NCBI GenBank assembly: GCA_034521425.1
Contig: JAXHMP010000001.1
Span: 1,929,737-1,993,736 of the forward strand
Reading direction: 5' to 3'
DNA length: 64,000 bases
Source: Bacteroidota bacterium
Lineage (GTDB): Bacteria > Bacteroidota > Bacteroidia > Bacteroidales > JAIOZK01
Numbering within the stretch: the first letter of the stretch is position 1; every line of letters starts with the position of its first letter. Shown piece by piece: positions 27,517 to 37,453 of this stretch. A program made the position numbers and the translations under genes. The notes below the pieces were generated by a model. It was not told where the DNA came from and did no database searches. It saw nothing but the letters and a program-made list of their open reading frames with translations.

Positions 27517-28029
27517 ATGAAAAACTTATTCAGAATTATAACATTGATAGCCCTGATCATCACGGCAGGGAGTGTAAGTGCGCAGACCAGCCCGAAATTC
27601 GGTTACATCGACTCGAACAAACTCCTGGAAATGATGCCCGGAAGGGACACAGTGCAACAGAAGCTGCAGGCTTATCAGAAAGAGCTTCAGAATACCATCA
27701 CAGCAATGTATACTGAGTATGAAGCCAAAGTGCAGGACTTCCAGGCCAACCAGGCAACCATGTCGGAGATCATTAAAAAGACCAAGGAAAAAGAGATCAA
27801 CGACCTGATTACCCGTATCCAGGATTTTGAGCAGAATGCTGATTATGACTACCAGGCAAAACAGCAGGAACTTTTCAATCCCCTGCTGGAAAAGGCCAGG
27901 AATGCGATCAAAGCAGTTGCCGAAGAAAATGGTTACACCTATATCTTTGATTCAAGCATTGGTTTCCTGCTTTATTTTGAGAAAGGCGACAATGTACTGC
28001 CGCTCGTGAAGAAAAATCTGGGTCTCTGA
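27517..28029 (+). CDS. OmpH/Skp-family periplasmic chaperone (second copy)
   Basis: FGYIDSNKLLEMMPGRD plus a coiled-coil. ATG 27517 is preferred over TTG 27511. Confidence 0.8.
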   Translation: MKNLFRIITLIALIITAGSVSAQTSPKFGYIDSNKLLEMMPGRDTVQQKLQAYQKELQNTITAMYTEYEAKVQDFQANQATMSEIIKKTKEKEINDLITRIQDFEQNADYDYQAKQQELFNPLLEKARNAIKAVAEENGYTYIFDSSIGFLLYFEKGDNVLPLVKKNLGL

Positions 28030-28051
28030 TCTCAGAGATTACAAAAACATT

Positions 28052-28085
28052 AAAAACCGGTGCTCCTGTGGGCACCGGTTTTTTT
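28052..28085. terminator. bidirectional rho-independent terminator between the convergent skp and purA genes
   Basis: AAAAA-CCGGTGC-tcctgtgg-GCACCGG-TTTTTTT. Confidence 0.8.
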
Positions 28086-28118
28086 ATGCCTGTAAACGCT
28101 TAGCCCGGATGATTAAGC

Positions 28119-29414
28119 TTAGATTTTATCAACAAATATGGTTTGTGTCCGGTCGGGTCCCGTAGAAACAATCCTGATCGGTACTCCGGCCTCACTTTCA
28201 ATATAGTGCACAAATTGTTTCAGTTCAGAAGGCAGGCGATCGTATGAGGATATTCCGTCGAGCGGGCTGTTCCAGCCTTTCATGGATTTATACACCGGTG
28301 TACAATTCTTGCGGGCATACATGGGTACTTTCTCCGTTTGTTCTCCATCCACCAGGTAATGCGTGGCCACTTTCAGGCTTTTGAAAGCGCTGAGTACATC
28401 GGCTTTCATCATAATCAGTTCGTCAACGCCATTGATCATGATGGCATATTTGAGTGCGGGCAGGTCGAGCCAGCCACAGCGCCTGGGCCTGCCGGTAGTT
28501 GATCCGTATTCTTTTCCCCCGTCGCGCAGCTGCTGTCCGTCCTCATTGTCGAGCTCGGTTGGAAAGGGTCCGCTTCCGACCCTTGTGCAATAAGCTTTGA
28601 ATATCCCGATCACTTTGCCGATTTTCCCGGGTGCAACACCCAGTCCGCTGCATACGCCTGAGGTGATCGTATTGGAGGAAGTTACAAAGGGATAGGATCC
28701 GAAATCAATATCCAGCATGGTGCCCTGGGCCCCTTCAGCCAGGATGGGTTTTTCCTCCCTGAGGGCTTCATTGATGAAATATTCGCTGTCGACCACCCGG
28801 ATCTTCTTCAGGTTCTCCGCTGCTTCCATCCATGCCTTTTCATAGTCATCAAAAAGCAATCCGTCAATTTCATGATCCGTAAAATCAAATTTATAGAACT
28901 TGATGATCTGTAAATGCTTTTCCTTGAGTTGATCGTATTTGGCCCGGAAATCATCAAAAAACAGATCCCCGATCCGCAGGCCGTCACGGCCGGTCTTGTC
29001 GCTGTATGTCGGCCCGATGCCTTTCAGGGTGGACCCGATCTTGAGCTCACCCTTGGCCTTTTCGTAGGTTGCATCCAGCAGGCGGTGCGTAGGAAGGATA
29101 AGATGGGCTCTTTTGGAGATCAGCAGATTATGGCTTGCATCAATATTCTTCTCTTTCAGCTTACTGATCTCTTTGTTAATGATATAAGGATCAATGATCA
29201 CGCCATTTCCGATAAGATTGGTTTTCCCGGAATCGAAAATGCCGCTGGGGATGGTATGGAGGATAAATTTATTTTGATCGAATTCGATGGTGTGACCTGC
29301 ATTGGGGCCTCCCTGGAACCTGGCCACGATGTCATAATCCGGTGTAAGGACATCCACAATCTTACCTTTTCCCTCATCTCCCCACTGAAGGCCTAATAGT
29401 ACGTCTAACTTCAT
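28119..29414 (-). CDS. purA: adenylosuccinate synthase
   Basis: GLQWGDEGKGKIVD, GPNAGHT, GIGPTY and TTGRPRRCGW. Confidence 0.92.
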   Translation of the reverse strand: MKLDVLLGLQWGDEGKGKIVDVLTPDYDIVARFQGGPNAGHTIEFDQNKFILHTIPSGIFDSGKTNLIGNGVIIDPYIINKEISKLKEKNIDASHNLLISKRAHLILPTHRLLDATYEKAKGELKIGSTLKGIGPTYSDKTGRDGLRIGDLFFDDFRAKYDQLKEKHLQIIKFYKFDFTDHEIDGLLFDDYEKAWMEAAENLKKIRVVDSEYFINEALREEKPILAEGAQGTMLDIDFGSYPFVTSSNTITSGVCSGLGVAPGKIGKVIGIFKAYCTRVGSGPFPTELDNEDGQQLRDGGKEYGSTTGRPRRCGWLDLPALKYAIMINGVDELIMMKADVLSAFKSLKVATHYLVDGEQTEKVPMYARKNCTPVYKSMKGWNSPLDGISSYDRLPSELKQFVHYIESEAGVPIRIVSTGPDRTQTIFVDKI

Positions 29415-29434
29415 AATCGGATTTGGTGAAATTA

Positions 29435-29908
29435 TTAATTAGATTCTTTTGCCTCTTCTTCGTCAAGGCAATTGCCGTAAAAGGTCAATGAATGATGTGT
29501 GATCTTCACATTGAGCAGCTTTTCAACGGATTCTTTGATCTCCTGTACCCTGGGATCACAAAACTCAAGTACTTTTCCCGTTTCAACACAAATGAAATGA
29601 TCATGCTGCTGGAACTTGAAAGATCTTTCGAACTGTGCACAGTTATTTCCAAACTGGTGCTTGGTAACAAGATTGCAGTCAAGAAGCAATTCAATGGTGT
29701 TGTATAGCGTAGCACGGCTTACCCTGTACTTGTTGTTTTTCATCTTGATGTAGAGCGTTTCGATATCAAAGTGGCCATCGGTGGCATAGATTTCCTTCAG
29801 TATGGTGTACCTTTCAGGCGTTTTGCGGTGACCACGCTGCTCAAGATATTCAGTAAAAATTTGTTTGACAGTATCAAAAGTTTCCTTATTCTTGTCTTTC
29901 ATTTTCAA
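29435..29908 (-). CDS. Fur-family metal-responsive transcriptional regulator
   Basis: Winged-helix region ([14 protein letters not shown]) and the metal site [16 protein letters not shown]. It lies 20 nt upstream of purA. Confidence 0.75.
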   Translation of the reverse strand: MKMKDKNKETFDTVKQIFTEYLEQRGHRKTPERYTILKEIYATDGHFDIETLYIKMKNNKYRVSRATLYNTIELLLDCNLVTKHQFGNNCAQFERSFKFQQHDHFICVETGKVLEFCDPRVQEIKESVEKLLNVKITHHSLTFYGNCLDEEEAKESN

Positions 29909-30020
29909 TCTCAGTTTATTGCTCCAAAATTAACGAAAATTATTCTATTAATATTTGGAATAAATAAAAATAATCACCGAAAATAAACAAAAATTTAATA
30001 CCTGGCAAAAGGCTTTTTTG

Positions 30021-32252
30021 TCAAAGGCTGGAATCAGACAAGCGGTTGATACGGGTAACTTTTTTGATTTCCTTGACTTTTTTCAGCTTCTCGATCAGTT
30101 TGTTCAGGATGCCTGTATCAGGGAGGTAGATCAGCACCACAGCATTCAGGATGCCTTCAGATGTTTCGAGGTGAAAGCTCCTGATGTTGAGCTTAAATTC
30201 AAATGAAATGATCTCGGAGAGGCGGCTGATAAAACCAATATGATCGATCCCGTGAATACGCAGGCCGGCAAGGAAGGAGATGGATTCGTCTTTTCTCCAT
30301 TTGGCCTTGATGATGCGGTTCCCGAAGCGGGACATCAGCTTGATGGCCTCCTGACAATTGGTTCGGTGAACCTTAATGTTTCCCTTTTCATCAATAAAAC
30401 CCATTACATCATCCCCGGGGATGGGGTTGCAGCAGGATGCAGTTTCATAATTGATCTTGGTTAGATCTCCTCCTATGATCAGGCTTTCTGGTTTCTCCCT
30501 GACTTTTTCCTGTATGGTCTCGCTGAGGTTTTTGCTGCTCTTTTTAAAGGGCCTGGTCAGGTATTTCAGCCAGCTCCTTTCACCCTCGGGAAAGGCATTT
30601 TTCACGTCCCTCAGCACAATATTTCCCTGGGAGGCCTGGTAATAGAGATCGATCTGGCTGGGGATATTTACTTTTTGCTGCAGCTTCTGTACATTGCCGC
30701 CTGAAAATTCCACATTTACCTGCTTAAAGAACTTCTCCAGCACTTTCTTGCCTTCGTCTTTAAACTGCTTCCGGTATTCTTTGATGGCATCCTTGATCCG
30801 GGATTTGGCCCTGGCAGTTTTCACAAAATCCAGCCAGACCTCGCGGGGGATCTGCTTTTTAGAAGTTATGATCTCCACCTGGTCGCCGCTGCTGAGTTTA
30901 TGGTTGAGGGGTACAAGCTTGTGGTTGACTTTTGCACCGATGCTTTCACTCCCAACCTGTGTGTGGATGTTATAAGCAAAATCGAGGGCAGTTGAATCCT
31001 GTGGCATGGTTTTCATATCCCCTTTGGGGGTAAACAGAAAGATCTCATCAGCGAAGAGGTTCATTTTGAAATCGCTCAAAAAGTCGAGCGCATTGGAATC
31101 ATCTCCTTTCAGCACATCCCGGATCTTGTTCAGCCATTCATCCAGGCCGCTCTCACTGCTGGGTGAGCTTTTGTACTGCCAGAGGGCCACATAGCCTTTT
31201 TCCGCGATCTCATGCATACGCGCCGAACGGATCTGTACATCCACCCAGCGGCCCTTGCTGCTCATCACGGTAACATGCAGCGCTTCATAGCCATTGACTT
31301 TTGGAATAGAGATCCAGTCTTTGAGGGTTTCTATGTTTGGCTTGTAGTGATCGGTCACCACAGAGTATACTTTCCAGCATTCCACCTTTTCGTCTTCGGG
31401 CTTGCATTTCACAACATAGCGCACGGCAAACACATCCATCACCTCTTCAAATGGGATCTCGTGCTTCTTCATCTTTTCCCAGATAGAAAACACCGACTTC
31501 TCCTCAAATTCCACATTGCAGTCGATGCCCTTCTTCTTCAGATCCTTCATGACCGGGCCGGAAAATTGGTTTACAAATTTTTCCCTTTGTTTCCTGGTGG
31601 ATTCAATTCTTTTGGAAATGGTATGATAGATATCCGGCTCGGTATATTTGAGCGCCAGGTCCTCCAGTTCCGATTTTATCTTGTACAGACCCAGGCGCAG
31701 GGCAAGCGGGGCATAAAGATAAATGGTCTCCGATGCGATCTTGAGTTGTTTTTCCTGGGGCATGGCATCCAGTGTGCGCATATTATGCAAACGGTCAGCG
31801 AGCTTGATGAGGATCACCCTGACATCATCACTCAGGGTGAGCAATATTTTTTTAAAATTCTCTGCCTGAATGGAAGTGGTGCTGTGATCGAATATCTCTT
31901 CAATCTTTGTCAAGCCGTCGATGATCCTGGCGATCTTGGCTCCGAACTGGGTTTCAATGTCCTGCAGGGTATAATCGGTATCTTCCACCACATCGTGCAG
32001 TAGGGCACAAGCGATGGAGGTAGTTCCCAGGCCGACATCCTCGGCAACAATGCGGGCCACATCCAGAGGATGGTATACATAAGGCTCCCCGGATTTTCTC
32101 CTCATTCCTTTGTGGGCCTCCACAGCAAGGTTAAAAGCATTCCTTACCAATTCCTTATCTTCGGATGTTTTGCGTGCATTCCATGCTTTCAGCAAGCTGC
32201 GATAGCGCCGGATGATCTCTTTATTTTCTATTTCGGGGTCGGGAATAAACAT
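30021..32252 (-). CDS. relA: bifunctional (p)ppGpp synthetase/hydrolase, RelA/SpoT homologue
   Basis: HD hydrolase motifs (HPLDVARIV, LLHDVVEDT), a synthetase region (YEALHVTV), TGS (FTPKGD...P.DSTALDFAY.IH) and a C-terminal ACT-like region. Confidence 0.88.
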   Translation of the reverse strand: MFIPDPEIENKEIIRRYRSLLKAWNARKTSEDKELVRNAFNLAVEAHKGMRRKSGEPYVYHPLDVARIVAEDVGLGTTSIACALLHDVVEDTDYTLQDIETQFGAKIARIIDGLTKIEEIFDHSTTSIQAENFKKILLTLSDDVRVILIKLADRLHNMRTLDAMPQEKQLKIASETIYLYAPLALRLGLYKIKSELEDLALKYTEPDIYHTISKRIESTRKQREKFVNQFSGPVMKDLKKKGIDCNVEFEEKSVFSIWEKMKKHEIPFEEVMDVFAVRYVVKCKPEDEKVECWKVYSVVTDHYKPNIETLKDWISIPKVNGYEALHVTVMSSKGRWVDVQIRSARMHEIAEKGYVALWQYKSSPSSESGLDEWLNKIRDVLKGDDSNALDFLSDFKMNLFADEIFLFTPKGDMKTMPQDSTALDFAYNIHTQVGSESIGAKVNHKLVPLNHKLSSGDQVEIITSKKQIPREVWLDFVKTARAKSRIKDAIKEYRKQFKDEGKKVLEKFFKQVNVEFSGGNVQKLQQKVNIPSQIDLYYQASQGNIVLRDVKNAFPEGERSWLKYLTRPFKKSSKNLSETIQEKVREKPESLIIGGDLTKINYETASCCNPIPGDDVMGFIDEKGNIKVHRTNCQEAIKLMSRFGNRIIKAKWRKDESISFLAGLRIHGIDHIGFISRLSEIISFEFKLNIRSFHLETSEGILNAVVLIYLPDTGILNKLIEKLKKVKEIKKVTRINRLSDSSL

Positions 32253-32372
32253 ATATGATTCTCCAAGGAATAGCCCTTCGGTATTACAAAATTAATTAAA
32301 AACAATAAGCCGTGAAATTAAAACGCAAAAGCTAAGTTATTATTTAGAGATTCATACACCATGGATTTTTAT

Positions 32373-32380
32373 TAATTTTG
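32373..32380 (+). promoter_or_regulatory. candidate -7 box TAATTTTG
   Basis: A TAnnTTTG match 20 nt upstream of the ATG at 32400. The motif alone is weak evidence. Confidence 0.3.
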
Positions 32381-32399
32381 GTATGCAATCAGGAATTCA

Positions 32400-35009
32400 A
32401 TGAAAAAACTTTACACATTTTTCTATTTGTTTCTCTTCGCTATCAGCTCAACGTTTGCAACCCATCAGCGTGCTGCCGAAATTATTTATACCCATATCAG
32501 CGGTCTGACTTACAAAGTAAAGATCATTACCTATGCCAATAATAACCCGGCCAATGATTCCCGTGATTTTCTGACCATTGAATGGGGCGACGGCCAGAGC
32601 AGCGACATGCCCCGGATCATCAAGGATATCATTGCAAACAATACGGTTTACAATGTTTACGAAGAAGCCCACACCTACCCTGCCATCGGTTCTTATACCC
32701 TGAAGATGGAAGACCCCAACAGGAATTTCGGAGTGACCAATATCCCCAATTCGGTGAACGTTCCCATTTTTGTTGAAAGCCAGCTGATCATCAATCCCCT
32801 GCTTGGCAGCAATAATTCAGTCCGCTTATTGAATGAACCGCTTGATTATGGTTGTGTTGATAAGGTATTTTACCACAATCCCGGGGCTTATGATCCCGAT
32901 GGCGACAGCCTTTCATTCAGCCTGCTGAAATGCCGGGGTGCCGGAGGCGAGGTCATTCCCGGCTATCTATTCCCCGATGAGGTCCTGCCTGATCCGGATA
33001 ACAGCTTCACCATCAATGGAACCACCGGCGACGTGGTATGGGATGTACCCAACCTCCAGGGAGAATTCAACATAGCCATACTCATCGAGGAATGGCGGCA
33101 GGGCGTGAAAGTGGGTTCGGTGGTGCGCGATATGCAGATACAGATCATCAGCTGTGATGACAATCCGCCTGTGATCGAGACCATTGATGATACCTGCATC
33201 ATTGCGGGAGAGACATTGATTTTTGATATAGCCGCTTATACGGATGATTCGGATGTTGTCACGATCACCGCTTCCGGCGGACCTTTCGAACAGGAAGTCA
33301 ATCCTGCCATCCTGGATCCTAATCCCGGTATCGGGAGTCCTGTTGCCGAAACGGTTTTCAAGTGGGAAAGTATTTGCAGGCATGTGCGCAAATATCCCTA
33401 CCAGGTTTATGTAAAGGCCATTGACAATGGTGAGCCGGTCAGCCTGGTTTCTTTCAAAACAGTTTTTATCACGGTCACCGCACCCAAAGTCAATCTGCTG
33501 AGTGCCGAGCCGCTGGGCAACAGCATTGAGATCAACTGGGAACCCACCGTTTGTAACAATGCCAGATCATATAAGATATACAGGCGCAGCGGGTCCTACG
33601 GCTTCATCCCGGGGTATTGCGAAACCGGTGTCCCGGCATATACGGGTTACAAGTTGATCCATGAAACACAAGACCTCACACCCATTTCTTTTGTTGATGA
33701 CAACAATGGCAACGGACTCACCCATGGCGTCAATTACTGCTATATCGTAACAGCCTGGTTTGCCGACGGGGCAGAAAGTTACGCTTCGGATGAGGTCTGC
33801 GCTTCCCTGAAAAGAGACCTGCCGGTAATCACCAATGTGAGCAATGATGTGGACAATGACCTGAACGGCAACCTCTATGTAGCCTGGGCCAAACCCATCG
33901 ACCTTGACCAGTCGCAGTACCCCGGACCGTATTATTACGAGATCCTTCGGGCAGACGGCATGAGTGGGGAAAACTACGAACTTGTGGCCATCAATGATGC
34001 CGGCCTTAACGATACCCTTTACCTGGATACAGAAATAAACATCAATACATCGGGCATTCCTTATCACTACAGGATTGACCTTTACAGTGAAACTATCGGA
34101 GAGATCGGCCCTTCCACTGCAGCTTCCTCCATTGAATTGTCTTTGTATGAGACCGACCGGAAAATGGTGCTCAACTGGGATTTTAATGTGCCCTGGCTGA
34201 ACGAGCAGTATTCAGTTTACAGAAAGGCGCCGGGCTCGGATCAATATGTATTTTTAGGCATCAGCACAAATGAAAGATACGTGGATGAGGGCCTTGAGAA
34301 TGGCCTGGAATATTGTTACTACGTAAAAAGTACGGGAACCTATGCCACCCCCGGCATCATCGATCCCATCATCAACTATTCACAAAAGGCCTGCGGCGTG
34401 CCGTATGACAATGTTCCGCCCTGCCCGCCCGTTTTGAGCGTTGAACCTGATTGCGATGACATCAGCAATTACCTGGAATGGACCAACCCGAGGGCGGACA
34501 GCTGCGACATGGATATTGACAGATACATCATTTATTATTCCCGCAAAAAACAGGGAGGTTTTACGGCCATCGATTCAATACTTTATCCCGAAGACACCAC
34601 ATACTGGCATACGGGCCTGCAAAACATTATTGCCTGCTATTATGTGCAGGCAGTTGATTCATTGGGCAATATCAGCCAGCCCAGCAACATTGCCTGTGCC
34701 GATACCTTATGCGGGGGTTTCCGCCTGCCAAACGCTTTCACTCCGAATGGCGACGGGTACAATGACTATTTCCAGGCCTATCCCAGTTCACTGGGAGCTG
34801 TTGAAAGGATCGACCTGGTCATCTTTAACCGTTATGGCAAGGTTGTTTTCAAGGCAACAGATAAGTTTTTCAAATGGGATGGCAAGAATATGGACAGCAA
34901 TAGCGACCTGCCCGAAGCGGTTTATTATTATGTTTGCGAGGTTTATGAATACGGCCTTGAAGCCAGACAAAAAAGGACATTGAAAGGTTCCATCACCTTA
35001 CTGAAGTGA
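32400..35009 (+). CDS. large surface protein with Ig/PKD/FN3-like repeats and a type-B T9SS (gliding-motility-associated) C-terminal domain
   Basis: The C-terminus is FRLPNAFTPNGDGYNDYFQ...FNRYGKVVFK...KWDGKN...VYYYV, the CHU_C/TIGR04131-type signature. An N-terminal signal peptide is present. Confidence 0.75.
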   Translation: MKKLYTFFYLFLFAISSTFATHQRAAEIIYTHISGLTYKVKIITYANNNPANDSRDFLTIEWGDGQSSDMPRIIKDIIANNTVYNVYEEAHTYPAIGSYTLKMEDPNRNFGVTNIPNSVNVPIFVESQLIINPLLGSNNSVRLLNEPLDYGCVDKVFYHNPGAYDPDGDSLSFSLLKCRGAGGEVIPGYLFPDEVLPDPDNSFTINGTTGDVVWDVPNLQGEFNIAILIEEWRQGVKVGSVVRDMQIQIISCDDNPPVIETIDDTCIIAGETLIFDIAAYTDDSDVVTITASGGPFEQEVNPAILDPNPGIGSPVAETVFKWESICRHVRKYPYQVYVKAIDNGEPVSLVSFKTVFITVTAPKVNLLSAEPLGNSIEINWEPTVCNNARSYKIYRRSGSYGFIPGYCETGVPAYTGYKLIHETQDLTPISFVDDNNGNGLTHGVNYCYIVTAWFADGAESYASDEVCASLKRDLPVITNVSNDVDNDLNGNLYVAWAKPIDLDQSQYPGPYYYEILRADGMSGENYELVAINDAGLNDTLYLDTEININTSGIPYHYRIDLYSETIGEIGPSTAASSIELSLYETDRKMVLNWDFNVPWLNEQYSVYRKAPGSDQYVFLGISTNERYVDEGLENGLEYCYYVKSTGTYATPGIIDPIINYSQKACGVPYDNVPPCPPVLSVEPDCDDISNYLEWTNPRADSCDMDIDRYIIYYSRKKQGGFTAIDSILYPEDTTYWHTGLQNIIACYYVQAVDSLGNISQPSNIACADTLCGGFRLPNAFTPNGDGYNDYFQAYPSSLGAVERIDLVIFNRYGKVVFKATDKFFKWDGKNMDSNSDLPEAVYYYVCEVYEYGLEARQKRTLKGSITLLK

Positions 35010-35180
35010 AATAAACTGCATCAAGCGAGATTTTCAATCAACTGCAATGGCCGCAAAGTCTCGATAAACATCGAGAACGCAATGATCCAAAAACAATTTA
35101 AGCCAAGAATTTTCTTTGCGATCTTTGCAAATAACTTTGCGCCCCTTGCGGTTAGGAATTATTTATCACAGTTTGTACTT

Positions 35181-36185
35181 TTAGTCTTCAAACTCCATAA
35201 ACATGGAGATCAAATCAACCACCCTGTTTGAATATCCCCATTCATTGTCGTACCAGTTGAGGGTTTTCAGGATCTTCCCCCCCAGCACTTTGGTAAACTC
35301 CGCATCATAAATGGATGAGTAAGCCATACCTATGATATCGGACGAAACCAGTTTTTCTTCCGAATACAGGAGGATATTTTTAAGGTGATCCTTATGTGCT
35401 GCCTCACGGACTACCTGGTTGACCTCATCGGCCGTCACACTCTTTTCGAGTTCAACCACCAGGTCAACAATAGAACCATCCGGCACCGGCACACGGGAAG
35501 CCATGCCGTCAAGTTTACCTTTTAAATCAGGAATTACTTCACCGACAGATTTTGCGGCACCGGTAGTTGTGGGAATAATGTTTTCGGCTGCCGCCCTGCC
35601 CCTTCTCCAGTCTTTATGTGGCACATCGGCCAGACGCTGGTCGTTGGTATAGGCATGTGTAGTTGTCATTAAACCTTCCACAATACCAAACTCGTCATTC
35701 AGGATTTTTGCCATGGGAGCCAGGCAATTGGTTGTACAACTGGCATTGGAAACAATCTTATGTTCAGGTTTTAGGCCTTCATCATTCACTCCCATCACCA
35801 GGGTATAATCGATCTCATCTTTTGCCGGTACAGTAAGAACCACTCTTTTGGCCCCGGCTTTCATATGGAGTTCCAGTTTTTCCCGTGATCTGAAAATACC
35901 GGTTGATTCAACTACAACATCCACATTAAGTTCTTTCCAGGGCAGTTCCTCCGGATTTCTTATACTTAACATTTTTACACGCTCATTCGGGGTGATGAGA
36001 TAGTCGCCTTCAATATGTATATCTTCATCAAAGCGTGTCATGATTGTATCATATTTCAGCAGATAAGCCAGCACCTCATCATCAAAGAGGTCGTTGATGG
36101 CTACCACATCTATATCTTTGCGGGCATTCAGAATTCTGAATACCGATCTTCCAATTCTTCCGAATCCGTTAATTGCTACTCTCAT
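35181..36185 (-). CDS. gap: type I glyceraldehyde-3-phosphate dehydrogenase
   Basis: INGFGRIGR, the catalytic SNASCTTNCLAP, TTTHAYT and WYDNEWGYS. Confidence 0.92.
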   Translation of the reverse strand: MRVAINGFGRIGRSVFRILNARKDIDVVAINDLFDDEVLAYLLKYDTIMTRFDEDIHIEGDYLITPNERVKMLSIRNPEELPWKELNVDVVVESTGIFRSREKLELHMKAGAKRVVLTVPAKDEIDYTLVMGVNDEGLKPEHKIVSNASCTTNCLAPMAKILNDEFGIVEGLMTTTHAYTNDQRLADVPHKDWRRGRAAAENIIPTTTGAAKSVGEVIPDLKGKLDGMASRVPVPDGSIVDLVVELEKSVTADEVNQVVREAAHKDHLKNILLYSEEKLVSSDIIGMAYSSIYDAEFTKVLGGKILKTLNWYDNEWGYSNRVVDLISMFMEFED

Positions 36186-37198
36186 TGAGCACCTCCTTTC
36201 TCATCTAATTTGTGATATTCGAGGATCACGTCAATGATCCTCGAAGCCATTGCAAGTGCGGCATGGTACCAGGTGAGTGTTTTCACCATCCTGGAAGCAG
36301 ACTTCATGGTCGCGATCCTATCATATACTACCGAATGGGTGTTCCCGATGATATCCGTGGAAACGACCGGTTCGTTGATCACCTGTATGATCTCGGGCAG
36401 TATTTCTGCTTTCTTTTCAACCGCTTTGTGAATATCTTCCAATGTAAAATCCTTATTTTTCAAAACCGTGGTCAGGTCGAGCAATGATCCGTTCGGGACG
36501 GGCACATTGATCGCAGAACCTTCCACTTTTCCCTTGAATTCAGGCAGGATATGCCCGATCCAGTAGGGGGTCGGTGTTTCAATCGGGATGATATTTTCCG
36601 CTGCTGAACGGCTCCTCCTGAAATCACTTCCGGCCTTGTCCCTGAGGGGCTGGTCGGAAGTATAAGAATGAACCGTGGTGAGCATGGAGTAATCCACTCC
36701 GAAATTATCTTCCAATATTTTCAACATAACTGCTGTGGCATTGGACGTGGCAGATCCTGCTGACACAAGCTTATCAGCTTGCTGAATGCTATTGTCATTG
36801 ACACCTTTTATCACGATGCGGTCGATATCATCGAAAGGCAGTGAGGACAGAATCACACGTTTCGCGCCCGAACGGAGATGTTTTTCCATATCCGACTTGT
36901 TGCGATACTTCCAGGTCCCGTCCACTACAAAGTCCACATCAAACATATCCCAAGGCACATCGCCCGGTTCAACACCCCGTACCATTCTGGCCTTCCCGTT
37001 TTTCGAAATCAGGAAGTTGCCATCCAGTTTAACATCCACTCGCTTTTTTACCTCGGCATTTACCAGGTAATGCAATATATCGGGCCTTCCAATCTCACTG
37101 ATCGCCACGATCTCAATATCATCCCGGCCCGTGCTCAGCCGGTAGATATGTCGTGGTATCTCTCCAAAGCCCATGAGACCAATTCGAATTTTTCTCAT
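36182..37198 (-). CDS. GAPDH-fold paralogue lacking the catalytic cysteine (putative pseudo-enzyme)
   Basis: Aligns along its whole length with gap, but SNASCTTNCLAP becomes SAGSATSNATAV and GFGRIGR becomes GFGEIPR. No Cys occurs anywhere from M(37198). It overlaps gap by ATGA. The start was chosen at MRKIRIGLMGFG. Confidence 0.7.
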   Translation of the reverse strand: MRKIRIGLMGFGEIPRHIYRLSTGRDDIEIVAISEIGRPDILHYLVNAEVKKRVDVKLDGNFLISKNGKARMVRGVEPGDVPWDMFDVDFVVDGTWKYRNKSDMEKHLRSGAKRVILSSLPFDDIDRIVIKGVNDNSIQQADKLVSAGSATSNATAVMLKILEDNFGVDYSMLTTVHSYTSDQPLRDKAGSDFRRSRSAAENIIPIETPTPYWIGHILPEFKGKVEGSAINVPVPNGSLLDLTTVLKNKDFTLEDIHKAVEKKAEILPEIIQVINEPVVSTDIIGNTHSVVYDRIATMKSASRMVKTLTWYHAALAMASRIIDVILEYHKLDEKGGAQ

Positions 37199-37282
37199 AA
37201 ACAAATTTTTAAAGGTTATTACTTCAACTTCTCTTCCTCCCGTATTCCGGAATAAATAAAATCCACGGGTCCTTTTCAAACA

Positions 37283-37308
37283 GAACAAATTGCATGCAAA
37301 TTTTGTTC
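37283..37308. promoter_or_regulatory. 26-bp imperfect palindrome GAACAAATTGCATGCAAATTTTGTTC upstream of the gap operon
   Basis: Arms are GAACAAATT and AATTTTGTTC around GCATGC, 85-110 nt upstream of the start at 37198. CAGAACAAA is also directly repeated at 37281 and 37311. Confidence 0.35.
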
Positions 37309-37438
37309 CGCAGAACAAAAGATAACGCTAAAATACGCAGAATGTTTTTCTTGAGCGTAAAACTTGCATTATAATACTGTTAACATTGTATACATTTAAC
37401 ATTTAACATGTTTGCATGAATCAAACCGAAAATTGTAG

Positions 37439-37446
37439 TACTTTTG
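37439..37446 (+). promoter_or_regulatory. candidate -7 box TACTTTTG immediately upstream of lepA
   Basis: A TAnnTTTG match ending 7 nt before the ATG at 37454, implying a very short or absent leader. Confidence 0.3.
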
Positions 37447-37453
37447 CACTCTA

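Noticed and set aside
35090-35165. Cluster of CTTTGC-type short direct repeats (TTTCTTTGCGATCTTTGCAAATAACTTTGCGCCCCTTGCGG) downstream of the type-B cargo gene. Also a similar-looking GATCCGTGTTGATCTGCTCAATCCGCG at about 43680-43705.
   Set aside because: These are only short, degenerate repeats without a convincing hairpin, T tract or second matching copy in the window. The evidence is too weak to call an element.
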